The position numbers and the translations under genes are program-made. Below are positions 1 through 9,433 of a DNA stretch of 37,462 nucleotides, one piece after another. The notes under the pieces are model-generated. The model ran no database searches and was not told the DNA's origin. It saw nothing but the letters and a program-made list of their open reading frames with translations. Source of the DNA: Candidatus Bathyarchaeota archaeon (GTDB lineage: Archaea > Thermoproteota > Bathyarchaeia > Bathyarchaeales > Bathycorpusculaceae); the NCBI GenBank assembly GCA_026015145.1, contig JAOZGY010000057.1, positions 1 through 37,462 on the forward strand. The letters are read 5' to 3'. Numbering within the stretch: the stretch's first letter is position 1; the number at the start of each line of letters is the position of its first letter.

Positions 1-367
1 AATTAAGATTTCCCACTTCAGTTCTAGCCATTCTAGTAAAAAACCCGGCACTTTCAGGATATTTTAACGCCATCATAAGAAAACTCGCTCCCAGTATCAA
101 GCATATGTTTACTATGTTTGACCCTAGAACATTGCCAACTGAAATCCCGACAGTCTGAGGATTCATGATAGAGAATATGACAACAACAAGTTCTGGAAGA
201 GAGGTGGAAAAAGCAACAAGTATGAATCCAATTTTGGTCTTTCCCAAGCCAGTTACGCTTGCCAGGTTAACTGAATTAGTGATTGTTAAGCTGCTGGCTT
301 TGATTAAGACAACCAATGAGGCAATAAGAACAGCTATGTTTCCTATACTTCCTAGCTGTTCTAACAC
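1..367 (-). CDS. Ca2+/cation antiporter (CaCA, YrbG/NCX-type), N-terminal part; gene runs off the left edge
   Basis: Not in the ORF track (GTG start, truncated by the window edge). Hand translation of the minus strand from GTG at 367 gives VLEQLGSIGNIAVLIASLVVLIKASS...KIGFILVAFSTSLPELVVVIFSIMNPQTVGISVGNVLGSNIVNICLILGASFLMMALKYPES. The G(S/T)SLPEL ... GNxxGSNxxN pattern is the alpha-1 repeat signature of CaCA exchangers. GGAG lies about 11 nt upstream of the GTG. Confidence 0.6.
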   Translation of the reverse strand, partial: MLEQLGSIGNIAVLIASLVVLIKASSLTITNSVNLASVTGLGKTKIGFILVAFSTSLPELVVVIFSIMNPQTVGISVGNVLGSNIVNICLILGASFLMMALKYPESAGFFTRMARTEVGNLN

Positions 368-650
368 TCTTTTGGTTTCTCCTTTAATTCATTGGAAGCG
401 TAATTTAACCAATATATCTGTTTATCTGCTGGGTATTCATTTTTAAATGATTAAAGAAGTCAAAAAGTCATTTCACGTTGCAACTTTGACAGTAATGATA
501 GAATCCTGTCGCTTAACACGTTTAGATTCTGCTTAAAGTAATGTTGAAAAAAGAAAAGAAAGAATTTTTTTAAAAACTGTGTTTGTGCGCATCAAGATAC
601 ATTAAACATATAACCAGTTAAGATAGTTTTCTAATTAGGGAAAGAAGTGA

Positions 651-779
651 ATGCAAAAAAGAACTAAGCGAAAGTGTAAAGGTTGTGGAAAACTATTCAT
701 GCCTGACAATGATTTTCAAGGCTTCTGTTCAGATAGGTGCTACCATATCTTCAGAGGAGAAATAGTACCAAGTGCTTAG
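651..779 (+). CDS. 42-aa zinc-ribbon mini-protein (CxxC ... CxxxC, DUF2116-like pattern)
   Basis: Below the ORF-track cutoff. Hand translation: MQKRTKRKCKGCGKLFMPDNDFQGFCSDRCYHIFRGEIVPSA. Four Cys are in zinc-ribbon spacing and a purine-rich ggaaagaagtga lies just upstream of the ATG. Confidence 0.45.
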   Translation: MQKRTKRKCKGCGKLFMPDNDFQGFCSDRCYHIFRGEIVPSA

Positions 780-970
780 TATAATCTAGCTTTTCGCGCA
801 CATTTAGAGCAACTCTTCTATACGACTTAGCGCGCTTAATTATGACATTTGGCGCCGGGAAATAGGTTTAGATCTCGGTTTAAATTCTCGGAATTTTTGT
901 AGAATGAGTGACGTAGGATCATTCCGCATGGAAAAAAGTTTAAATCTTTTTCGAGTTGATTAAATTATCT

Positions 971-1300
971 ATGACAAAGATGAACAACCTTGAAGACACT
1001 ATCTTTCAAACACTTTATAGACGTAAGGAGAGTATTCTAAAACAAGTTCCAAATTTAGATCCAGAAGATTATTCTCTACTGCTTTATTTAGTTATAGGAT
1101 ATGACTTGGGTAAGGGAAATTATTTTGGATTGATATTCCCTTTGGAAGATAATAGTCATTTAGAGGAATTAAGAGCTTTAAGCAACGGTTATGTTGAATT
1201 TAGAGATGGTGTTGTTAGAATGGGAGTGATTAAGTTAGAAAATTTAGAGAAAATATTGGGAGCTCCCTATATTAAGCCTAGAAGTATACGTTTTTCGTGA
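971..1300 (+). CDS. hypothetical protein (about 109 aa from first ATG; track ORF starts at TTG 956)
   Basis: Open frame with a globular-looking composition. A TATA-like tttaaatc sits about 30 nt upstream of ATG 971. No recognisable motif. Confidence 0.4.
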   Translation: MTKMNNLEDTIFQTLYRRKESILKQVPNLDPEDYSLLLYLVIGYDLGKGNYFGLIFPLEDNSHLEELRALSNGYVEFRDGVVRMGVIKLENLEKILGAPYIKPRSIRFS

Positions 1301-1320
1301 AATCTGCGGGCAGGCTCGTT

Positions 1321-1362
1321 AGTCATTATCGTGATATTGGCAGTCATTATCGTGATATTGGC
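1321..1362. repeat. perfect tandem duplication of a 21-bp unit (agtcattatcgtgatattggc x2)
   Basis: 1321-1341 and 1342-1362 are identical, followed by a partial third start (agtg). It lies about 20 nt downstream of the stop of the 971-1300 ORF. Confidence 0.95.
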
Positions 1363-1787
1363 AGTGAACAAATGTGTAGTCAAATATTTCGGAAAAATCG
1401 TTGCGAGGAAAATCTCAACAACATCTAGCATGTTACCTGCATTGCGAGGGGTAAGTTTTTGCTTCTCGCGCGCCTGTTAAGAGCCTTAGCAACCCCTTTC
1501 TTTTCCTATTTAGCTCCTTATTTGCCTAGAACTTGGATCCGCTATTTTGCTTCTTGTTTTATCTCGATTTTTGAATTTCGTTTTTACTTTAAAAAAAGAA
1601 CTTGACGGGGCTCTCTTGATAGATGTAGAATATGAGCTTAAAGAATAGATAATCAGTTATTTTGCATATAACTATCAAATAAGCTTAGAATAGTGCCCTT
1701 ACCAGGCAACAATTAAAGGTTAATTGCGAATACATCATGAAACCGATATATAGCCATCGAGCCTATAACTCTGAATAGTGATCAATT

Positions 1788-2012
1788 ATGCCAAAATGTC
1801 CGAATTGCACAGCGCACATGCAAGAACCAAATAAAGAATGGGAGTTTGGACGATTCAAAGTAAAGATGTACAAATGCACTAAATGTGGAAACCAATTTAG
1901 AGAACATTTCATGGAAAGTACGTTGAAATTTGTGGTGAGCGCACACAACGGTGGTCTGGGAAAGATAAGAGTGACAAAAGAAACATTAGACAGACATAAG
2001 ACCTATCACTGA
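1788..2012 (+). CDS. 74-aa zinc-ribbon protein
   Basis: CPNC ... CTKC pairs (MPKCPNCTAHM...YKCTKCGNQF) are typical of a rubredoxin-like zinc ribbon. The overlapping minus ORF 1763-1948 looks spurious. Confidence 0.6.
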   Translation: MPKCPNCTAHMQEPNKEWEFGRFKVKMYKCTKCGNQFREHFMESTLKFVVSAHNGGLGKIRVTKETLDRHKTYH

Positions 2013-2056
2013 CTCTTCTCTTTCGCGTGAGCTATTGTTTGTTTTTTTGGGGAATC

Positions 2057-2308
2057 CTATTTGGTTATCTTGGCGTTTGCAGTCATAGTACTTATTTTCG
2101 TGATCTTTATTTTGACACGGTCTCCAGGCTTTGCGTCAGTAACACGTACTACGAAACCTTGGATTCTGGCTATGCCTTCTCCTTGAGGGCTCGTTTCGGT
2201 TATTTCAACTTCGTATTCTTTCCCCATCTCAACCGGGCAGCTCTTGAAGCCTTTGCCATGACCACGTCTTCCCTCATAACTGCCACCGTGTCTTCTACTA
2301 TAATTCAA
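2057..2308 (-). CDS. TRAM domain protein (83 aa)
   Basis: PVEMGKEYEVEITETSPQGEGIARIQGFVVRVTDAKPGDRVKIKITKI matches the small archaeal TRAM pattern (PV..GeeyeV.I......GdGIArv.GfvifV.ga..Gd.VkvkItkv), after a Gly/Arg-rich N-terminus. Confidence 0.75.
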   Translation of the reverse strand: MNYSRRHGGSYEGRRGHGKGFKSCPVEMGKEYEVEITETSPQGEGIARIQGFVVRVTDAKPGDRVKIKITKISTMTANAKITK

Positions 2309-2429
2309 ATCATATTTCTCCTTCTGAATTTATTTTTGGTATAAAACAAATTTTCTCCTATTATGGTTTAGAGATAGACGTTCAAGAGAAAGTCTATAAA
2401 GCGTATAAGAGCTAATCAACATGTGAAGC

Positions 2430-2609
2430 ATGATACTCAAAAAAATTGCGCTAGTAATAGGATTATTTTTGATAGTGATAGCTGTAGTTTTGCTGGATGG
2501 AAACTGGGAAGCAGACATTTTTCCGGTAATCTTGGGATTGTTAGGAATATTTGTTGTAGCCGTTTTTTTCCTAAGCAAGAAGAAAAAGTGGCTAGTATCG
2601 AACAAATAA
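2430..2609 (+). CDS. 59-aa two-TM membrane mini-protein
   Basis: Below the track cutoff. Hand translation: MILKKIALVIGLFLIVIAVVLLDGNWEADIFPVILGLLGIFVVAVFFLSKKKKWLVSNK, giving two clean hydrophobic helices and a Lys-rich tail. It reads better than the three overlapping track ORFs at 2330-2701. Confidence 0.4.
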   Translation: MILKKIALVIGLFLIVIAVVLLDGNWEADIFPVILGLLGIFVVAVFFLSKKKKWLVSNK

Positions 2610-2749
2610 TAGACTTTACAATGCAAGCTGTTTTTGCTAGAATTAATATACTTACGCCAAAGTATGGGGACAACATTTGTTTTCTCTATCCCTAGAAGCA
2701 CTAGTATTATCCATAGAGCGTTGCAATAATGTAAGGAGAAAGAATCTGC

Positions 2750-2944
2750 TTAGCGTGGGTGTTTATTAAATGCCTTAGCAGTATAATGGGAGTTCTTTGT
2801 CCCGCATGTTCCACAAAACTTCTCAGTTATAACTACAGGATTCTTGCATTTTTCGCAATCGTAGAGCAATTGCGTGCCACAAGTCGTACAATATTTCTTC
2901 TCCATATTATCTGATCCGCATAAGCACCTAACCATATTCAACAA
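2750..2944 (-). CDS. 64-aa double zinc-ribbon protein
   Basis: Successive CxxC-type pairs: CTTCG, CEKC, CGTCG (KYCTTCGTQLLYDCEKCKNPVVITEKFCGTCGTKN). Confidence 0.55.
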   Translation of the reverse strand: MLNMVRCLCGSDNMEKKYCTTCGTQLLYDCEKCKNPVVITEKFCGTCGTKNSHYTAKAFNKHPR

Positions 2945-3720
2945 CCAGATTGCTAGTGTCTGCTCCTCGTTCTTAAGTTATTCTGAGGTTTTTAATAGAT
3001 AAACATAGAGGCGAGACACACAGACAGGCAAAATACACACTCACACTCGGGTATACATAAATAAATACATGTAGAATATGAGAAGGAAAAAGATTAAATT
3101 TTAATCCTTAAATTATCTGATGTAAACGGCGAGATTTTATAGAATATATCGAGATTCTAACAGTCCACCAGTACTACTCTTTACATGGTTTCATCTTTTT
3201 TATTTGGATAAGAAGTTTAAACCTTTCCTGCACAAAAAAACCTTAGCCTAAAACATAAGAAGAATAGGACATTTTTAATGAAATCTTCTTTTCTCTTTAT
3301 TATCAGAGTAAAAAAAGGGGGCTATTAATATAATGTGATATATAATAAGCCACACACACAAAAAGAAACACTCGGAAAATATATGGAAAAACCATGAGAG
3401 AGCTGGCTTTCGGTTCATTGGACAACTAAACTCATTCTAGGACTGGAACTTTCTCGGGATCTCGTTCACTCCTGGAGAGTCCTTGCAGTCACTAACAGTT
3501 TTAAATGCATTTCAAAGAACTCAGAGCTCATCAAACAGCTAAGGATGCTGTGCATAAAAGCTACTCTTAATCTGATACATTTTCCTTGTGCAAATGATCG
3601 GTTTCTCATTATTAGCCAAACTAGAGATTTGATGACGAAGCTGAACAATTAATGCAAAAGTTAAAAGCATCGTTGTCTAAATATGGTTTGTATATCATTA
3701 CTGAAATTACCAATTTTAAG

Positions 3721-3746
3721 TTGGGTCTTCGGGTGACATCTCCACT
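3721..3746 (+). repeat. tRNA-like repeat family, short type-2 copy (5' module only)
   Basis: ttcgggtgacatctccact (3728-3746) is identical over 19 nt to 6009-6027. The upstream ttgggtc resembles gtgggat of the 6000 copy. Confidence 0.6.
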
Positions 3747-3823
3747 GCCCAAACGTAAGTAAATTGACAAATGGCACAACTTTTTAAAGAACATAATATG
3801 CTTCAATTATGGGTGAAGTTTGA

Positions 3824-4033
3824 TTGGTGAAGTGGGAATACAAGGTGGTTCCAATAAAGACTCGGATTCATTCGAGCCACTTTGAAAGTGGTAGTAAACC
3901 GGTAATGGACGACGTTCAGAGTGACATGAACATCTTGGGTAAAGAAGGTTGGGAACTTGTTAGCGTTCAAAACATCAGCCTAAAAGATGATAGGATGTTC
4001 ACGGTTGCTTACCTCAAGAGAGAAAGATATTAA
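3824..4033 (+). CDS. DUF4177-like small protein (69 aa; TTG 3824 or GTG 3827 start)
   Basis: VKWEYKVVPI ... MNILGKEGWELVSV fits the DUF4177 pattern (WEYKVV ... L..lG.eGWELV.v). Confidence 0.6.
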   Translation: MVKWEYKVVPIKTRIHSSHFESGSKPVMDDVQSDMNILGKEGWELVSVQNISLKDDRMFTVAYLKRERY

Positions 4034-4087
4034 ATTTTAATCTTTTGATCATTATCACTTCAAAGCGGGGTAGACTGCTCAAATTCT

Positions 4088-4330
4088 TTAGCCGACTAAT
4101 TCGACTGTTGTTCCTAACGCCTGACCCGGTACTCCTTTCTTGAATTTGACTCTAACAACGCCGTTTTTTCCATGTAAACCTGCGATTTTCCCAATAAACT
4201 TCTTGTTTTTTCCCTTCCAAACCACTTTTTGACCTATGAGGTGTCCTGCCTGAGCTACTAAATCTGCATGGGCAAATTGAATTAGACATTCTCTTGAAGA
4301 TTGTGTTCGGATGCCTATATGATAGTTCAT
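4088..4330 (-). CDS. rpl35ae: ribosomal protein L35Ae (eL33)
   Basis: MNYHIGIRTQSSRECLIQF...LIGQKVVWKGKNKKFIGKIAGLHGKNGVVRVKFKKGVPGQALGTTVELV matches the L35Ae signature (G.I...HG..G.VRa.F...lPg.AiG..v). The start is placed at the internal ATG (4330), because the 26 extra N-terminal residues of the track ORF (to 4408) do not resemble the family. Confidence 0.8.
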   Translation of the reverse strand: MNYHIGIRTQSSRECLIQFAHADLVAQAGHLIGQKVVWKGKNKKFIGKIAGLHGKNGVVRVKFKKGVPGQALGTTVELVG

Positions 4331-4481
4331 TATTCTTCCATAAACTGGTTGGGACAAAACTTTCACCTTTGTAAACTTTACATAATAATACCCCTTGCTT
4401 TTAAACATGTTTCATTTAGCTTTAGCGTTATGCTTGGATCGTGCATGCTCGAGGAAGGGGGGAGGAAATTAAATTTTATCC

Positions 4482-4528
4482 AAAAAATGGGGGTTTGCGG
4501 GTGTTATCTCAAGCTTTCACTTGAGTTA
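4482..4528 (+). repeat. tRNA-like repeat family, diverged copy (5' module plus unrelated hairpin)
   Basis: aaaaaatgggggtttgcgggtgttatctc parallels aaaaaaatgggggggtttgcgagtgatatctc at 8399-8430. It continues into a ctcaag/cttgag 6-bp hairpin instead of the T-loop module. Confidence 0.55.
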
Positions 4529-4638
4529 TCACAGAATTTGCGAGAATGTTTTTTGAATTTAATTTTAACCCCCAACCCACAAACTACCTTTTGAAATGCA
4601 TACAGAATAGAAAGCGTCAAACGTTCAAAAAGAAAATC

Positions 4639-5868
4639 TTACCTGATTTTCCTTAGAGCCTTTTTTGCAGTTTTTCGAACTTCCTCATACTCATCCTCTA
4701 ATGCATGAGTCAATGATTCTTTTGCCCTTGCATCGCGAATCTCGCCAAGAGCCTGCGCTGCAGCCCATCTAATCAAGCGGTTATTATCCTTCAGGGCTTG
4801 AATGAGGGGTTCCACTGCTGGTTTTCCAATCTGTATAAGACCATCAAATGCAACGTTCCCGACGGGTCTCTCTAAATAAAAAGTTTTAGCAGGACTGCCT
4901 ACTAGAGTTAATTTGATTCTGCGCATGCCGCTTCTGGTGTCGCGCAGCACACGTATCGTGTCTTTAATATGTAAAGATTGAATCAGAGGCTCTACCGCAT
5001 GGCGTCCGTATCCGATTATTTCATTCCAATCTTTCTTGAGTGTACCCTCCTTGCCTAAGGACATATTTGCAAATAGATAATAGACTCTCTCGGTAGTATT
5101 TGCGGGATTCCAAGATAGCTTTTTAAGAACCCTCACTGAAGATTTTCGAATACCCCAATTCTGATCTTTTAGAGCTCGTACGAGAGGTTCTATTACCCTT
5201 TCATCGTTCAATGCTCCAAGTGCATCCACTGCAGCTTGTCGAGAATAAACATTTTGTGTTTCATCTTGGAAAACTTGCACAAGAGGTTCTATTGCCCTTT
5301 CATCACCTATACGCTTGAGAACTTTTGCTGCAGGTGCCTGAACCGTCCAATCTTCGTCCTTTAGGAGTTGAATTAATGGCTCTACTGTTGGCTCTCCAAT
5401 GTTTTCAAGTATTTTCCAAACTTCAAAGAATGGGTTTGTTCGTTCGTTTACAAATTTCTCTTTCATAGCCTGGATTAATGGATCTATCGCTGGTTTTCCA
5501 ATTCTCACAAATACTTCGTGTAACTCATCAATCTCTATATGTGATACGTTCTTAAGGGCTGAAATATTTCCAGGTTGTCGTTCCATTATAAAGGCGCGTC
5601 TCCTTTCATAATCCTTCATCGCGTACTCTAAGGCTTGAATCAGAGGATTTACTGCAGGTCCTCCCATTTCCGTTAGATCATCCCACGCCTTCTTAGCCAT
5701 CAAGTAATGCACCTTCTCCGTGTCATTGCCCGCTTTCCAGCCTATCCTGTCAAGGGCAAATGCTGACGACTCTCGGATTTGGTATTTTCTATGCTGCAGA
5801 GCCTCGAGTAACCCCTTTACATCCTTCTTCTGTTCCATTTTCTTGATGTTCGGTCCGAAAATTCCCAT
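4639..5868 (-). CDS. HEAT / PBS-lyase-type repeat protein (409 aa)
   Basis: About seven repeats of the unit (V/I)(E/D/N)PLIQ(A/L)LKD...VR..AA.ALG.I.D.RA, for example VEPLIQALKDNNRLIRWAAAQALGEIRDARAKESL. Confidence 0.8.
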   Translation of the reverse strand: MGIFGPNIKKMEQKKDVKGLLEALQHRKYQIRESSAFALDRIGWKAGNDTEKVHYLMAKKAWDDLTEMGGPAVNPLIQALEYAMKDYERRRAFIMERQPGNISALKNVSHIEIDELHEVFVRIGKPAIDPLIQAMKEKFVNERTNPFFEVWKILENIGEPTVEPLIQLLKDEDWTVQAPAAKVLKRIGDERAIEPLVQVFQDETQNVYSRQAAVDALGALNDERVIEPLVRALKDQNWGIRKSSVRVLKKLSWNPANTTERVYYLFANMSLGKEGTLKKDWNEIIGYGRHAVEPLIQSLHIKDTIRVLRDTRSGMRRIKLTLVGSPAKTFYLERPVGNVAFDGLIQIGKPAVEPLIQALKDNNRLIRWAAAQALGEIRDARAKESLTHALEDEYEEVRKTAKKALRKIR

Positions 5869-5992
5869 TCTATTTATTATCCTCCTTCACAATACTAAAA
5901 AGGCAATCTCCATTATATTTGGTTGAGTTTATAACACTCCTGGGTTAAATCGTTGTATATGATTCATTTGCTGGTTTGGATTAAAAATTATT

Positions 5993-6050
5993 AAAAAAAG
6001 TGGGATTTTTCGGGTGACATCTCCACTCTGGCAAGGATTCAAATCCAGAC
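5993..6050 (+). repeat. tRNA-like repeat family, type-2 copy with degenerate T-loop hairpin
   Basis: The order is an A7 run, gtggg, cgggtgacatctccact (6011-6027), then tctgg-caaggattcaaat-ccaga, where ggattcaaatcc (6035-6046) parallels ggggttcgaatccc of the long copies. It directly abuts the GC-rich katG segment. Confidence 0.7.
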
Positions 6051-6111
6051 TCAAACAGATTTGGGCCGGGTTGCTTACCATATTATCGTCGTTAGCTATC
6101 TCTTGTTACGA

Positions 6112-8328
<2,217 letters not shown>

Positions 8329-8398
8329 TTAAAAGTTAAGTTTCACTGTCTCTTTCAAATTGTGTGATAAATTGTTAAAATTTTATTATATTAATCTG

Positions 8399-8516
8399 AA
8401 AAAAATGGGGGGGTTTGCGAGTGATATCTCCACTTGGTATAGGGTTCGAATCCCACCTCGCCCGCAGCTTATTTTCCAAAATAGAGCACAATTTAGAGTT
8501 ATTTTGGCAAAAAAAG
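8399..8516 (+). repeat. tRNA-like repeat family, long copy B
   Basis: The order is an A7 run, tggggggg, then the 50-nt core at 8417-8466 (47/50 identical to copies C and D), then a tail cttattttccaaaatagagcacaatttagagttattttggcaaaaaaag related to C and D apart from a 4-nt indel. Confidence 0.9.
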
Positions 8517-8693
8517 ATAAACAGAACAATAACCAATGTTTGCGACTGTCTTTTACGGCTCTACTGGCAGGGTTTGGTGTCTCGTAATCCAGTAAAAACA
8601 GAACACCCAGGAAGACCACAATTCACATACGCCATAAATCAGAAGGGAAAAGAAAGGTTATCCTATTGGGATTTGCACTCCATGCAACCATGA
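8415..8693 (+). CDS. possible small winged-helix (PadR/MarR-like) regulator, 92 codons, TTG/GTG start inside repeat B
   Basis: The C-terminal part, NVCDCLLRLYWQGLVSRNPVKTEHPGRPQFTYAINQKGKERLSYW, fits the recognition-helix plus wing pattern L..L...GLV.r......GRP..Y.it.kG.e.L. The N-terminal 17 codons are the repeat core itself, so the gene may be real, a fusion or a remnant. Confidence 0.3.
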   Translation: MRVISPLGIGFESHLARSLFSKIEHNLELFWQKKINRTITNVCDCLLRLYWQGLVSRNPVKTEHPGRPQFTYAINQKGKERLSYWDLHSMQP

Positions 8694-8800
8694 TGAAAAG
8701 GAACGCCTCTAATCTTAGCTACTTTTATCCATCAATTTGGGAACGAATGGCGCATCGTAAAAAGCATAGGGTTGTGGTGTGGTGTAATGAAGAAAAAGGC

Positions 8801-9042
8801 GTTCCCATTTGTTGTACATTCTAAAAGTTCCCATGTTCTTATGTTCCCTATTTATGTGGTTCCCGTGCAGTTCATTGTTCCCTTTTCATGGTCTTTTTTC
8901 CCAAGTTCCCTGTTCCCACCGGAAAACGTATACCGGTACGGTAATACAAGGGATTCAGGGAAGGGGGAAAAAGGGAACATATAAGGGAATAGTGACTTTC
9001 AAGTAGTTTTCGTTCCATGGTTTCCCGCCCGTTCCAGTTCCC
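8801..9042. repeat. dense array of GTTCCC hexamers (iteron-like)
   Basis: Perfect GTTCCC on the + strand starts at 8801, 8827, 8843, 8859, 8877, 8905, 8912 and 9037. GGGAAC (minus orientation) is at 8973. Variants: GTTCCA at 9012 and 9031, TTTCCC at 8897 and 9021, GGGAAT at 8985. A TACCGGTA palindrome lies at 8930-8937. Confidence 0.85.
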
Positions 9043-9433
9043 ATGGGGATAAGGCTTACAATAATGGAAAAGATGGAAAAAGGGCTTTTCTGCTTACTTT
9101 ATATCTTCTTTTCTTCTAGTAGTAGTCTTAGTCGCCCAAATAAACAAACATATTGCTTTATGCAAAAACCATTAACCTATACTTTGAGTCAGAAGAAAAA
9201 TTGGAGTATAAAGAATTCATAAAAAAAGTTAAAAAAACAATTAACCAAACTCATTTTAGACTTTGTAAATATAAATACAAACTAGTTATCTGATTGTAAG
9301 AGTGGAATTCAAAGAGAACTATTGCCTAGAGCTGCGTTTTTAGTTAAGAGAGATTAGATGTGGGATTAGTACAATTGGTTTATGATTATGAAAGTTCAAT
9401 TTGTGTTGACGATTTTTATTGCGAAAACACAAG

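Noticed and set aside
165-446. Track ORF 165-446 (+)
   Set aside because: It is antisense to a much better minus-strand CaCA antiporter reading frame with family signature motifs.
1623-1636. Exact 14-mer atgtagaatatgag shared with 3069-3082 (and a related tgtagaatgag at about 897-907)
   Set aside because: There is no extended similarity around the matches. In 37 kb of AT-rich sequence, several exact AT-rich 14-mer coincidences are expected by chance.
2330-2701. Three mutually overlapping track ORFs (2330-2701 minus, 2423-2695 plus, 2437-2676 minus)
   Set aside because: All have implausible composition. A different + frame (2430-2609) gives a clean two-TM peptide, so only that frame is reported, at modest confidence.
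3630-3644. Possible C/D-box sRNA (tgatga at 3630-3635 followed by ctga at 3641-3644)
   Set aside because: The boxes are only 5 nt apart. There is no second C'/D' pair, no terminal stem, and no guide-length spacing in the flanks.
4301-4594. Track ORF 4301-4594 (+)
   Set aside because: It overlaps the L35Ae start region in antisense and runs through the repeat copy at 4482-4528. It has no motif and a Cys/Leu-rich nonsense composition.
8417-8466. Calling the repeat cores (also 11242-11291 and 16773-16822) tRNA genes or tRNA 3' halves because of GGTTCGAATCC and the ...CGCCCGCA end
   Set aside because: The unit between the paired ends is only 50 nt and has no D arm. The would-be T-stem has 3 good pairs: positions equivalent to 49/65 and 50/64 mismatch. 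The would-be anticodon loop (tccactt) lacks U33 and a purine at 37. No full-length parent tRNA is present in the window. They are reported as tRNA-like repeats instead.
8772-9006. Track ORFs 8772-8984 and 8809-9006
   Set aside because: Their sequences (FP/VP/SS-rich) are just translations of the GTTCCC hexamer array in two frames. There is no start context and no domain.
8801-9048. Calling the GTTCCC/GTTCCA...GGGG cluster a bona fide archaeal ORB-type replication origin
   Set aside because: The dyad-symmetric ORB core could not be matched convincingly by eye, and no orc1/cdc6 gene is adjacent. It is kept only as a hypothesis in the findings.
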